Position numbers and translations under genes: made by a program. A DNA stretch of 32,000 nt, from the NCBI RefSeq assembly GCF_017302985.1, contig NZ_JAFIMU010000004.1:816869-848868 (forward strand), given 5' to 3'. Positions 15,067-26,374 of this stretch are shown here, in pieces (position 1 is the first letter of the stretch; each line of letters begins with the position of its first letter). This DNA comes from Corallococcus macrosporus. Lineage in GTDB: Bacteria > Myxococcota > Myxococcia > Myxococcales > Myxococcaceae. The notes beneath the pieces are model-generated. The model had not been told where the DNA came from and ran no database searches. It worked only from the letters and a program-made list of their open reading frames with translations.

Positions 15067-16062
15067 ATGCCCCGGACGCCAGAGCTCAGCCCCCACGCTC
15101 GCCGCACCTATTCGCGCCTGAGCAGCCTGGACCTCTCCGCGTCCGGGGGCGAGTCCCTGTCCCTGGACGACCTGGGTTTGGAGTCCGGCGGCGACCGCGT
15201 GAGCCTGGCGTTCGGCACCTACAGCCGCGAGGGCCTGGAGCGCGCCCTCCAGGCCTATGGCTTCGCGAAGCGCCTGGAGGAGCGGGTGGGCCCCTTCGAG
15301 CTGCGCCTGTCCTGCCAGGACCCGTTCCAGCCGCGCCTCACCGTCCTGAGCCGCCGCTACCACTCGCCCGTCGTGGACCTGTCCCTGCGGCAGGTCCCGG
15401 GCTCGGAGGTGGGCTTCACCCGCGCGGTGGCGGAGGCCCCGCTGCTCTACGTGGACAGCCTCCTGCTGCAGCACCCCGGCCGCCCCTTCGACTGGAGCCG
15501 GCCGCCGCTGCCCGGACAGCTCCACCCCGGCCTGTCGCTGTCGCGCGACATCCTGGAGCTCCTGCACCTCATGGCCCGCCGCATCGGCGCGGAAGGGGTG
15601 GCGCTGGTGCCCGCGACGTTCTCCGCCGCGTGCTTCTACGAGTCACGCTTCAGCTTCGTGGACGGCGCCGCGCAGGGCCGGTTCAGCGCGCTTCGCCGCG
15701 CGGGCCGCGGCTGGCCCCGGTGGCTGCTGGCGTGGGCGGTGGAGCTGGGCTGCATGCGGGACGCGCAGGGACAGCCGGCCCTCTTCACGCCCTCGCCGAT
15801 GATCAGCCCCCTGTCGCGGCGGGTGGCCCGGCGGCTGGACACCGGCGGCTGGCACCGGGCCTTTCGCTTCCACTCGAAGCAGGTGCTGTCGCTGGACGAA
15901 GAGGCGCTGCAGGCGCGCTTCCCCTGGGCCCGCATGCCCCCCGGCCCCCCGCCCGAAAGGGTGGTGGAGCTGCTCGGGTATGATCCGCTGGCGCCCGCGT
16001 CGCCGTACCAGGACGCCTGGGAGCCGGCGGGCGCTGCGCCGCGCACCGCCGCGACGTCCTGA
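15067..16062 (+). CDS. Hypothetical protein
   Basis: 331-aa ORF with a strong GC3 coding pattern, 9 nt after the GreA/B-type stop. I recognise no motif. Confidence 0.55.
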   Translation: MPRTPELSPHARRTYSRLSSLDLSASGGESLSLDDLGLESGGDRVSLAFGTYSREGLERALQAYGFAKRLEERVGPFELRLSCQDPFQPRLTVLSRRYHSPVVDLSLRQVPGSEVGFTRAVAEAPLLYVDSLLLQHPGRPFDWSRPPLPGQLHPGLSLSRDILELLHLMARRIGAEGVALVPATFSAACFYESRFSFVDGAAQGRFSALRRAGRGWPRWLLAWAVELGCMRDAQGQPALFTPSPMISPLSRRVARRLDTGGWHRAFRFHSKQVLSLDEEALQARFPWARMPPGPPPERVVELLGYDPLAPASPYQDAWEPAGAAPRTAATS

Positions 16063-16247
16063 GCGGCCGCTGTAGCGCCCTGTTCCGTCGGAAAGGGGCC
16101 GTGCTGTTTCGGACGGACCTTCGCGCTTTCAGACGGGAATGCGGCTGGTGGCCTCTCGTTCGGTGCCTATATTGAGAGCCGTTGGTCCTCCACCGTCGCT
16201 CGCCGTCAGCAATCGCACCCGAACCAGGTCAGGTCGCGAAGCCCACG

Positions 16248-17567
16248 ATGCGAAAGAACTTCATCCTCGACACGAACGTCCTCCTCCATGACCCCCGCAG
16301 CATCTACGGGTTCAAGGACAACAACGTCATCATCCCCATCTACGTCATCGAGGAGATTGATCAGTTCAAGCGCGATCTCTCCGAGCTGGGGCGCAACGCG
16401 CGACTGGTGGCGCGCTACCTGGACTCCTTCCGCGCCGAAGGCTCCATGAAGGAGGGCGTCCCGCTGCCGCACGGCGGGATGCTCCGCGTGGCCTTCACCG
16501 ACCGTTCGCTGCCGTCCTCCATGGCGGACAGCAACCTGGTGGACAACCGCATCCTCGCGGTGGCCCTGGACCTGATGGAGACGGAGCCGGACACCCAGGC
16601 CGTCTTCATCACCAAGGACACCAACCTGCGCATCCGCGCCGACGCCCTGGGCCTGTCCGCCCAGGACTTCGACACCGAGCGCGTCGAGATCACCGACCTC
16701 TACACGGGCTTCACGGAGCTGCTCGTCCCCACGGACATGGTGGATCAGCTCTACAAGCCCGGCGGCGAGGTGGAGGTGCCGGCGCAGGACCGGCTCTTCC
16801 CCAACCAACTGGTGCTGCTCAAGGACGAGCTCAACCCGTCCCACACCGCCATGGCCCGCTTCAACGGCGCCAAGGCACGGCTCGTGCCGCTCGCGCGCCA
16901 GAGCAAGGAAGGCACCTGGGGCATCCGCCCGCGCAACATGGAGCAGGCCTTCTGCCTGGACCTCCTGCTCAACGACGAGATCAAGCTCGTGACCATCGTG
17001 GGCAAGGCCGGCACGGGCAAGACGCTGCTCGCCATCGCCGCGGGCCTGCAGAAGGTGACGGAGGAGGGGCTGTACCACAAGCTGCTGGTCAGCCGTCCCA
17101 TCTTCCCCCTGGGCCGGGACATCGGCTACCTGCCGGGCAGCGTCGAGGAGAAGCTCAACCCCTGGATGCAGCCCATCTTCGACAACGTCGAGTTCCTCAT
17201 GAACCTGAGCCGCGCGGACAAGAAGGCCGGGCGCGGCCACCATGAGCTCATCGACCTGGGGCTGATGGAGATCGAGCCGCTCACGTACATCCGCGGGCGC
17301 AGCATCCCCAACCAGTTCATCATCGTCGACGAGGCGCAGAACCTCACCCCGCACGAGGTGAAGACCATCCTCACCCGCGTGGGCGACAACACGAAGATCA
17401 TCCTCACCGGCGACCCGTTCCAGATCGACAACCCGTACGTGGACTCGACGAACAACGGCCTGGTGCACGTGGTCAACCGCTTCAAGAACGAGAAGATCGC
17501 CGGCCACATCACCATGGCCAAGGGCGAGCGCAGCATGCTGGCCGAGTTGGCGGCCAACCTGCTGTAG
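16248..17567 (+). CDS. PIN-domain / PhoH-like ATPase fusion (PhoH2/YlaK type)
   Basis: The N-terminal PIN domain is MRKNFILDTNVLLHDP...IPIYVIEEID...ITKDTNLRIRA. The C-terminal PhoH P-loop is GKAGTGKTLLA with Walker B IIVDEAQNL. ATG at 16248 is preferred over the ORF-track start 16182. Confidence 0.88.
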   Translation: MRKNFILDTNVLLHDPRSIYGFKDNNVIIPIYVIEEIDQFKRDLSELGRNARLVARYLDSFRAEGSMKEGVPLPHGGMLRVAFTDRSLPSSMADSNLVDNRILAVALDLMETEPDTQAVFITKDTNLRIRADALGLSAQDFDTERVEITDLYTGFTELLVPTDMVDQLYKPGGEVEVPAQDRLFPNQLVLLKDELNPSHTAMARFNGAKARLVPLARQSKEGTWGIRPRNMEQAFCLDLLLNDEIKLVTIVGKAGTGKTLLAIAAGLQKVTEEGLYHKLLVSRPIFPLGRDIGYLPGSVEEKLNPWMQPIFDNVEFLMNLSRADKKAGRGHHELIDLGLMEIEPLTYIRGRSIPNQFIIVDEAQNLTPHEVKTILTRVGDNTKIILTGDPFQIDNPYVDSTNNGLVHVVNRFKNEKIAGHITMAKGERSMLAELAANLL

Positions 17568-17601
17568 AGCGCCCGGGCCCCGTGCCTGCTAGAGACGAGT
17601 C

Positions 17602-17919
17602 ATGACCCAGGACGGCACCGACAAGCCCGACACCCCCGGCGAGGAGAAGAAGCCCCTCGTCGAGTACCCCTCCGTCTACGAGTACAAGGTGATGGGCAAG
17701 GCGACGGTCGAGGAGACGGCCGAGTTCGAGGAACACGTGCGCTCGCTCTTCCGGCGGAAGATGGGGATGGAGGTATCCCCGGACTCCATCCACGTGCAGC
17801 ACAGCCGCAAGGGGAAGTTCGTGTCCCTGAGCGTGTCCGTGCTGCTGCTCTCCGAAGAGCAGCGCCGGGGCATCTACGAGGCGCTGCACCAGGATCCGCG
17901 CATCGTCTACTACCTGTGA
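17602..17919 (+). CDS. DUF493 (YbeD-like) family protein
   Basis: 105 aa with YPSVYEYKVMGKA...VSLSVSV, the pattern typical of the YbeD/HP0495 family. Confidence 0.7.
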   Translation: MTQDGTDKPDTPGEEKKPLVEYPSVYEYKVMGKATVEETAEFEEHVRSLFRRKMGMEVSPDSIHVQHSRKGKFVSLSVSVLLLSEEQRRGIYEALHQDPRIVYYL

Positions 17920-18007
17920 GGCAGGCGGTGCGCGGGCGGATGCCCCAGGGGGGCCTGGGCCCCTCCGGCGGCTGGAAGTCCGGCCAGGGTGCGTATATGA
18001 GGGTGGA

Positions 18008-18769
18008 ATGAGTCCCGCCGAGCACTTCCCGCTGTACCACCCGCCGGGGGCGCAGCGCGCGTTCGGATCCGACGACGCCGTGCGCCGCTTCGCCAAGGTG
18101 GCCCAGCTCGAGCAGGGCTCGCGCGTGCTGGTGCTCGGCTGTGGGCCGGAGGGCGGCGCCGCCGTGCTGCTCGCCCAGGAGCTGAAGTGCTCCGTGGTGG
18201 CCGTGGACACGGAGGAGACCCTGGTGTCCCCCGTGCGGGAGCGCGTGCGTTCCCAGGGCTTGTCGGATCGCATCGAGGTGCGCCGCGTGGCGCCGGACGC
18301 GCTGGGCATGCTGGACGGCCCGTTCCACGGCATCCTCGTGCCGGGGCGCGTGCAGTACCCGCTGGACGTGTCGCTGCGCGTGTTCCGCCCGCTGCTGGGC
18401 AAGCGCGGCCGCGTGGGCTTCACCTTCCCGGCGCGCGTGGGCCGCTTCACGCCCAAGCCCGTGCTGGACTGGTGGGAGAAGCGCCTGGGCGCGCCGCTGC
18501 TGCTGCCGCGCGAACTGCTCCAGGCGCTGGAGACCTCCGGCTTCGAGCCGGAGTCCGTGGAGTCGCTGCACGACACGGAGCTGGACGCGCTCTACAAGGA
18601 CATGGAAGCGCACCTGCCGGAAGCGGCCTCGCCGGAGAGCGCCGCCTTCCGCGAGGAGCTGGCCCTGCACCGCGAGCACAACCAGCGGCCGGGCGTCAGC
18701 TACGCGTTCGCCGTGGGGCGGCGCAAGGAGCCGGGTGAGAAGCCCCCGGCGTCGCGCGATCGCGGCTGA
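18008..18769 (+). CDS. Class I SAM-dependent methyltransferase
   Basis: Has the motif I-like stretch SRVLVLGCGPEGGAAVLLAQE followed by an acidic residue after the second strand (VVAVDTEE). Confidence 0.7.
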   Translation: MSPAEHFPLYHPPGAQRAFGSDDAVRRFAKVAQLEQGSRVLVLGCGPEGGAAVLLAQELKCSVVAVDTEETLVSPVRERVRSQGLSDRIEVRRVAPDALGMLDGPFHGILVPGRVQYPLDVSLRVFRPLLGKRGRVGFTFPARVGRFTPKPVLDWWEKRLGAPLLLPRELLQALETSGFEPESVESLHDTELDALYKDMEAHLPEAASPESAAFREELALHREHNQRPGVSYAFAVGRRKEPGEKPPASRDRG

Positions 18770-18835
18770 CAGCGGCAGGGGCTTGAAGCGTGGGGGAGGG
18801 GCCCGGAGGTTCTTCGGGCCCTTCAACCGCCGGGA

Positions 18836-19924
18836 CTACTGCACGCCGTTGAAGTCGAGCAGCTCGATGGACTCGGGCGCCACGGACAGCGTGACCTGCT
18901 CGCGGTAGCCGGCCGCGTCGCCGCCGACCTGGAAGGGCATGGGGCGCGCGAAGCGGATGGTGACCTCGCGGGCGTGGAAGTCGTGCAGGCCCTCGGGCGC
19001 CCAGCGGCCGTTCCACAGGCGGGGCAGGTTCGCCAGCACCTGCGTGGGCGACACCTGGCCCAGGCGCAGCTGCAGGAAGCCCCGGCGGTCATTCGCGTGG
19101 GGGAACATGCGGAAGCCGTAGCCGTAGAAGGGCATGGTGCCCGCGGCGGCCATCATCAGCTTGCCCCGGAAGAGCACGGCGCCCGGCGCCAGCGGCCCGC
19201 CCACGGCCTGGCCTTCGGCGCCCAGGCGGTAGGCCTCCGACGGCCCGTTGACGACTTCGCACTCCACCAGCACGGAGCTGGTGAGGTAGTGCGGCACCGT
19301 CTTGAAGGCCACCGCGGAGAAGTAGCCGCCACCGCCGGACATGACCCGCTTGAACATGCCCTTGCCCAGCGACTCCTTCACGGAGATGTAGTCGTTGAGC
19401 ACCTTGCCATCCACGCCCAGGCCCGCGAAGGGCGCGCGCTGGCCGTCCACCTGCACCAGGTCCATGGTGCGAACGCCGGGCACTTCCGCCGCGCGGGCGC
19501 GCACCACGTCGTTGAGGATGCCGTCGCCGCGCGTGCTGGACGCGTTGACGAACGCCGCGATGCCGTTGCCCGTGCCCAGCTTGAGGATGCCGAAGCGCGG
19601 CGCGCTCTGGCCGGCGAACTTCCCGCGCGGGCCCACCTGCTGCAGCACCTCGTTCACGAAGCCCATGAAGGTGCCGTCGCCGCCGCCCGTGAAGACCGTG
19701 GGGTAGCCCCGCTCCAGCACCGTCTGCGCGATGCGGCGCGCGTCCAGCGGCGAGCGCGACAGGAACAGGTCCTCTTCCGGCACCACGTGCGACAGCAGCT
19801 TGACGACCCGGGCATCCACCTTGCGGGCGTTCGCGTTCAGCAGCACCGCGACCTTCGGTTCGGCGGACGGCTGCGCCGCCGGCGAGCGGCGGAAGTCCGT
19901 GGAACGGAGGGGCTGAACCAGCAT
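18836..19924 (-). CDS. Diacylglycerol/lipid kinase family protein (DAGK catalytic domain, YegS-like)
   Basis: KVAVLLNANARK...TVFTGGGDGTFMGFVNEV (GGDGT motif). ATG at 19924 is preferred because GGAG lies 8 nt upstream. The ORF-track start 19996 is a TTG. Confidence 0.8.
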   Translation of the reverse strand: MLVQPLRSTDFRRSPAAQPSAEPKVAVLLNANARKVDARVVKLLSHVVPEEDLFLSRSPLDARRIAQTVLERGYPTVFTGGGDGTFMGFVNEVLQQVGPRGKFAGQSAPRFGILKLGTGNGIAAFVNASSTRGDGILNDVVRARAAEVPGVRTMDLVQVDGQRAPFAGLGVDGKVLNDYISVKESLGKGMFKRVMSGGGGYFSAVAFKTVPHYLTSSVLVECEVVNGPSEAYRLGAEGQAVGGPLAPGAVLFRGKLMMAAAGTMPFYGYGFRMFPHANDRRGFLQLRLGQVSPTQVLANLPRLWNGRWAPEGLHDFHAREVTIRFARPMPFQVGGDAAGYREQVTLSVAPESIELLDFNGVQ

Positions 19925-20331
19925 GGACGACTCCAGGGGGGCGGGGAGCGGTATGACAGCGCTGACGCGGTTTGGACTGTGCACTTTTCTCGCCAACCCC
20001 TGACGCGCGGCGTTAGCCGGGCCGCCTGATGTGATTTCGAGGGGTTGAACGGTCCGCTGGTGTCCAATATGCCCGCCCGGTTGCTACCGCGGGGTGACGG
20101 CGGTGTAGAGCGCGTTACGCACCCGTGGCGTCCGGATGGCGTTCAGGTGACGCAGCGCCTCCTGGAGGCCTGGGGGCCCTGCGCACTGCGCTACGCAGCA
20201 GCCGTCATCACCTTTGCGCTGGGTGCCCGGGCCTACGGGGAAACCCGTCCTCGCGTTTGACACGCCGGGGGGGGTGGTTACGTTGGGCATACATCGGGAT
20301 TTCGCAGGAAAAACGCAGTCATTTCCAGAGG

Positions 20332-22254
<1,923 letters not shown>

Positions 22255-22296
22255 GGCCGTGAGCCGCCCGCCGCCTGGCGGGGGCTGAAGTCCGAG

Positions 22297-22335
22297 GGCC
22301 GGTGCTCCGACGAGGGGCGCCGGCCTTCGTCTTTT
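22297..22335 (+). terminator. Probable Rho-independent terminator of dnaK
   Basis: A 9-bp stem ggccggtgc/gcgccggcc (one G-U pair) with an 11-nt loop, followed by ttcgtctttt. It begins 43 nt after the dnaK stop. Confidence 0.5.
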
Positions 22336-22463
22336 CGGACGGGTGTGCCGGACGCGGGATGAGGGCCGGGAGCAACCCCGCGATTTCACGCAGGCCCTGG
22401 CTGGCGAAGGCACTGCAAGGGGCGGACGGGGTCCTCGCTGTCCTCCACGAAGGTGTCCGCTCC

Positions 22464-23321
22464 ATGTCCCGCATCGACTCGCTGCTGTCCGCCGTCCTCC
22501 CGGACGTCACCGCTCCTGAAGCCACGTCCGCTTCCTCGGCCCCGCGCTCGAAGGAGCCTTCACGGACGACGGCCGCTCCGGCCAACTCCGTGGAGGTGTT
22601 TCGGGGTTCAGCCTCGCCGGCCACGGGTCCCGCGCGGACAGCGCCGGCAGCGCCCCGGACGCGGGAGGGCAATGGCTTCGACTTCGGCGTGGGCGGCGCG
22701 TTCCCGCCGAGGCCCACGGGCTCCGTGCAGGAGCAGGTGAAGCAGGGGGCGCGGCTCATGGAGCAGACCCAGGCCGCGGCCTTCAGCGTGACGTTCGAGC
22801 CGGGGCCCGCGATGGATGCCTATGCGCGCAAGCAGCTGGGGCACCTGGATCCGAGCCCTCCCATCGCGGGCGCGCCCACGGCGCTCACGGACTACACGAG
22901 CACCCTCCCCGGCGTGTCCGCGAAGGCGGCCTTCGAGGCCTTCGTCAGCAACCCGGAGCTGCTCTTCGGCGCGGCGGGCATCTCGCTGCGGCCGGCGGCG
23001 AGCGTGCTGACGGACGGCGCCCGGCTGTTCCTGGAGGAGAAAGGGCCGCCGCCGGTGTGGGCGCCCATCGTGGTGAAGCTCAACGAGACGGAGCGCGTCG
23101 TCCACATCACCACCCTGGATGGACACCCGCTGCGGGGCACCAACCAGTTCGTCTTCGACGACGACGGCAGCGGAGGCACGCGCATCCGACAGTACTCTGC
23201 CTTCCAGGGCAGCTCTCCGGCGACGTCGGTGGGCCTCGCGCTGATGGATCCTATTGAACGGCAGCACGACATCTGGCGCAGCGTGCACGGACAACTGCAT
23301 GAGATGCTCAAGCCGCGTTGA
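22464..23321 (+). CDS. Hypothetical protein with a Pro/Ala/Ser-rich low-complexity N-terminus and a structured C-terminal domain
   Basis: ATG at 22464 (MSRIDSLLSAV...) is chosen because the ORF-track start 22302 lies inside the dnaK terminator. No family is recognised with certainty. Confidence 0.55.
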   Translation: MSRIDSLLSAVLPDVTAPEATSASSAPRSKEPSRTTAAPANSVEVFRGSASPATGPARTAPAAPRTREGNGFDFGVGGAFPPRPTGSVQEQVKQGARLMEQTQAAAFSVTFEPGPAMDAYARKQLGHLDPSPPIAGAPTALTDYTSTLPGVSAKAAFEAFVSNPELLFGAAGISLRPAASVLTDGARLFLEEKGPPPVWAPIVVKLNETERVVHITTLDGHPLRGTNQFVFDDDGSGGTRIRQYSAFQGSSPATSVGLALMDPIERQHDIWRSVHGQLHEMLKPR

Positions 23322-23348
23322 CATACTGGGCCCTGGGGGAGGTGACGC

Positions 23349-23756
23349 ATGACGACGCTCCAGACGACACCGCCGGGACACGACGTGGTCCTCTACGACA
23401 GCCACTGCCGCGTGTGCAGCGGCGCCGCGCGGGAGATGCGCAAGCTGGTGGGCGGGCAGGGCACGCAGCTGCTCTCGTTCCGCGACGAGGGCGTGCTGGA
23501 CGCCTTCCCGGGCGTGAGCTTCGAGCGCTGTGAGAAGGCCATGCAGCTCATCCAGGCGGATGGCCGGGTCCTGGAGGGCGCGGAGGCCATCGTCCGCGCG
23601 CTGGGCAGGCGGCCCCTGGGGCGGCTGCTCTACGTGTACTACGTGCCGGGCTTCAAGCAGCTGGCGGACGCGGTGTATGGGGTGGTGGCCCGCTACCGCT
23701 TCCGCATCGCGGGTCGCGACTGCCCCGACGGGGCCTGCGCGGTGCACTTCAAATAG
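23349..23756 (+). CDS. DCC-family thiol-disulfide oxidoreductase (DUF393)
   Basis: The N-terminal VVLYDSHCRVCSG is the D-x-x-C-x-x-C motif of the DCC family. Size is 135 aa, and GGAGG lies 6 nt upstream of the ATG. Confidence 0.75.
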   Translation: MTTLQTTPPGHDVVLYDSHCRVCSGAAREMRKLVGGQGTQLLSFRDEGVLDAFPGVSFERCEKAMQLIQADGRVLEGAEAIVRALGRRPLGRLLYVYYVPGFKQLADAVYGVVARYRFRIAGRDCPDGACAVHFK

Positions 23757-23807
23757 GGGGAGGGGCGCGGGTAGCATGCGGCCTTCCCCGCAGCCCCTGG
23801 CCCCTTC

Positions 23808-26339
23808 GTGACTTCGCCTCCTCCGAACCTGCAGGCCGCCCAGTCCTTTCGCCGCTTCTTCGGGGAGCTGCGGGAGACGTACCTGGAGCGCGAAACGCTG
23901 TTCACGCAGATTGAGCTGGCGCTGCTCTGCCGCGAGCACGTGCTGGTGGTGGGGCCGCCCGGGACGGCGAAGAGCGCGGTCGCCAGCGCCGTCCTGGGAC
24001 GCATCACCGACGAGGTGTCCGGGCTGCCGTCGCTGTTCTCCAAGCAGATCGCGGAGACGACGCTGCAGACGGACCTCATCGGTCCGGTGGACTTCAAGGT
24101 GCTCACGGAGACGGGCCGCACCGAGTACCTCACCGACGAGGGCATGCTGGGGGCGGTGCACGCGTTCCTGGACGAGGTCTTCGACGGCCGGGACATGCTG
24201 CTGCGCTCCATCCTCAACGTGATGTACGAGCGCGAGCTGAAGCATGGCCGCAAGGTGACGGCGGGCCGCACCGAGTGCGTGGTGATGACGAGCAACCGGT
24301 ACCTCACGGAGGTGCTGGCGCGCTCGCCGGAGCTGCTGCTGGCGTTCGCGGACCGGTTGAGCTTCATCAGCTTCGTGCCCAAGGCCTTCGCCCGGCGGGA
24401 GAGCCGGGCCGCCATGCTGCACCGCTTCGTGCACGGGACGCGGCCGGACCTGCGCGCCACGCTGACGCTCCAGCAGTTGGACCTGCTCCAGGACGCGGTG
24501 GCCCAGGTGAAGGTGCCCGGCCACGTGCTGGAGGGCGTGGAGATGCTGACGGACGCGCTGGAGCGCGCGCTCGTGGCGCAGGTGTCGAAGCTGCCGGACT
24601 ACGTGCCCACGAAGTACTTCTCCCAGCGCTCGGTGGTGAAGGCGCTCTGGACGCTGAAGGCCGCGGTGGTGCGCGATCAGATCTACCGCCGTCCGGACCG
24701 GCCGCTCGAGGCGACGGTGGAGGACCTGGACGCGCTGCGCTGGTTCTTCCTCCTGGGCGGCCCGCCCGCGGCGGAGGCGGACGCGCTGCTCAAGGCGGCG
24801 GTGGACCCGCGTGAGCGGGCGCAGCTGGAGATCGTCCGGCTGGAGCAGCGCACCTTCGACGAGGTCCTGGGCAAGGTGCGCCAGGAGCTGGGCGGCGGCG
24901 TGGAGCGCGAGGCGACGACGCTCGCGGCCGCGGATGACGTGAATGCCGCGGAGGGCCTGAGCCGCAACTGGCAGGCGGGCGTGGTGTCCAGCACCGCGCG
25001 CGGGGTGCTGGGGAAGCTGGTGCCCGGTCCTCGCCACGGACAGAACCGGGCCCCGCTGCTGGTGGCGGCGCGCGCGCTGGTGGCGGCCCTGGAGCAGCGG
25101 CTGTCGCGGGGCATGACGGCGGGGCAGGGCGAGGGGCGCGGCGGGGTGTCGCTGCTCATCGCCATCCGCGACGTCCTGGAGCTGTGCCGGGCGGTGCCGG
25201 AGCTGAAGCCGGGCTACCCCGCGCTGTGCGAGGCGTCCGCGCGGTTCCTGGAGCAGGCGCTGGAGATGAGCGCGTCCGCGGCGGAGGGGCTCGCGTTCGA
25301 GGACAGCGTCAAGATGGAGTGGCTGGTCGGGCTCGCGGAGAACCTGGAGGAGGAGCTGGGCGTGATGGGCTCGCTGGCGGCGATGCTCAGCGAAGCGGTG
25401 CCCTCCCTCCACGAACGGCTGCGCGACGCGGACCGGGACACGCGCCGCCGGGTGGTGGCCGCGCTCCGGCGCAGGGTTTCGGCGGCGTTCCCCGCGCAGA
25501 CGCCCCGGGGCCGCAAGGATCCGCTGGACGCGCTGTCCGCGGACTCGCGGCGCCTCACCCAGTTGGAGAACGCCCTGACGGCGCTGGACCCCTCGCAGGC
25601 CGGGTTGAAGCAGGAGCTGCTCCGGCCGCTGAGCGTGGCGTACGCGCGCGAGGTGCTGGGCGCCACGCCGTTCGAGCGCATCGAGCAGTACGGCCGCGCG
25701 GTGCAGGCGGTGGCGGAGAACCTGCGGCGCGAGGGCGTGACGGCGGAGCCGGTGCTCGCCGAGTGCCGCGACCTGATGGAGAACCGCCTCCGGGAGCACG
25801 CTCGCGTGCTGTCGCGCGAGGTGGCGAGTCCTCCTCCAGCCCCGAACGCCGTGCTCAACGGCGACGCGTACACCTACTACCGGGGCGAGCTGTCCGCGCA
25901 GGCTCCCGACGGCGAGCTGTCCGCGCTGGTGGGCCTGGACGGACAGTTGATGGCGGCGCGTCCCCCGTCGGCCGCGGCGTTCCTCTCCGACACGGTGCGC
26001 GCGGCGGTGGCCGAGGCGGAGCTGTCCTTCCTCCAGTCGCGCATCAAGTACCTGCGCAGCTGGCTGACGCAGTTGCTGACCGCGCTGCCCGCGCCGGAAG
26101 CGCTCAACGGCCGTGCGGACGCGGAGCGTACCTTCGAACGGCTGGTGCGCAGCCGCTTCCCCCAGCTCGCGCTCAAGGAGGGCGAGCTGGTGCGGCTCAA
26201 GGCCACCCTGGGCATGCTGGAGACGCTCCCGGGCGAGCTGGGCGAGAGCGCGCGCAAGCTGTCCGCGCAGCTTCGCGGCATCGATGAGGACTTCGGACGC
26301 TTCAGCCGGCAGGTGCTGGAGCGGCGGACCGCGCAGTGA
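23808..26339 (+). CDS. MoxR/RavA-like AAA+ ATPase with a ~500-aa helical C-terminal extension
   Basis: Has Walker A VVGPPGTAKSAVA and Walker B HAFLDEVFDG. It has the sensor region VVMTSNR and a lid-like segment. The rest is Leu/Ala/Arg/Glu-rich helix. GTG start. Confidence 0.8.
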   Translation: MTSPPPNLQAAQSFRRFFGELRETYLERETLFTQIELALLCREHVLVVGPPGTAKSAVASAVLGRITDEVSGLPSLFSKQIAETTLQTDLIGPVDFKVLTETGRTEYLTDEGMLGAVHAFLDEVFDGRDMLLRSILNVMYERELKHGRKVTAGRTECVVMTSNRYLTEVLARSPELLLAFADRLSFISFVPKAFARRESRAAMLHRFVHGTRPDLRATLTLQQLDLLQDAVAQVKVPGHVLEGVEMLTDALERALVAQVSKLPDYVPTKYFSQRSVVKALWTLKAAVVRDQIYRRPDRPLEATVEDLDALRWFFLLGGPPAAEADALLKAAVDPRERAQLEIVRLEQRTFDEVLGKVRQELGGGVEREATTLAAADDVNAAEGLSRNWQAGVVSSTARGVLGKLVPGPRHGQNRAPLLVAARALVAALEQRLSRGMTAGQGEGRGGVSLLIAIRDVLELCRAVPELKPGYPALCEASARFLEQALEMSASAAEGLAFEDSVKMEWLVGLAENLEEELGVMGSLAAMLSEAVPSLHERLRDADRDTRRRVVAALRRRVSAAFPAQTPRGRKDPLDALSADSRRLTQLENALTALDPSQAGLKQELLRPLSVAYAREVLGATPFERIEQYGRAVQAVAENLRREGVTAEPVLAECRDLMENRLREHARVLSREVASPPPAPNAVLNGDAYTYYRGELSAQAPDGELSALVGLDGQLMAARPPSAAAFLSDTVRAAVAEAELSFLQSRIKYLRSWLTQLLTALPAPEALNGRADAERTFERLVRSRFPQLALKEGELVRLKATLGMLETLPGELGESARKLSAQLRGIDEDFGRFSRQVLERRTAQ

Positions 26340-26374
26340 GCGCCGGGGCCATGCACGGAAGGCGGCGCTGAGGC

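Noticed and set aside
20257-20285. TTGACA hexamer upstream of dnaK as a promoter -35 element, and a search for a CIRCE/HrcA operator.
   Set aside because: No acceptable -10 hexamer lies at 16-19 nt spacing (acgttg/cgttgg). No TTAGCACTC-N9-GAGTGCTAA-like inverted repeat was found in 20000-20331.
22608-25799. Very long antisense ORFs: 1063 aa at 22608..25799 and 930 aa at 25877..28669. Similar ones lie at 20452..22413, 16206..17507, 5313..6872, 9130..10470 and 18974..20029.
   Set aside because: Their translations are Arg/Ala/Gly/Pro/His-rich low complexity with no motifs. They lie opposite ORFs with unambiguous domain signatures (AAA+, VWA, DnaK, PhoH, kinase, YcaO, lipid kinase). Long shadow ORFs are expected in ~70% GC DNA because stop codons are rare.
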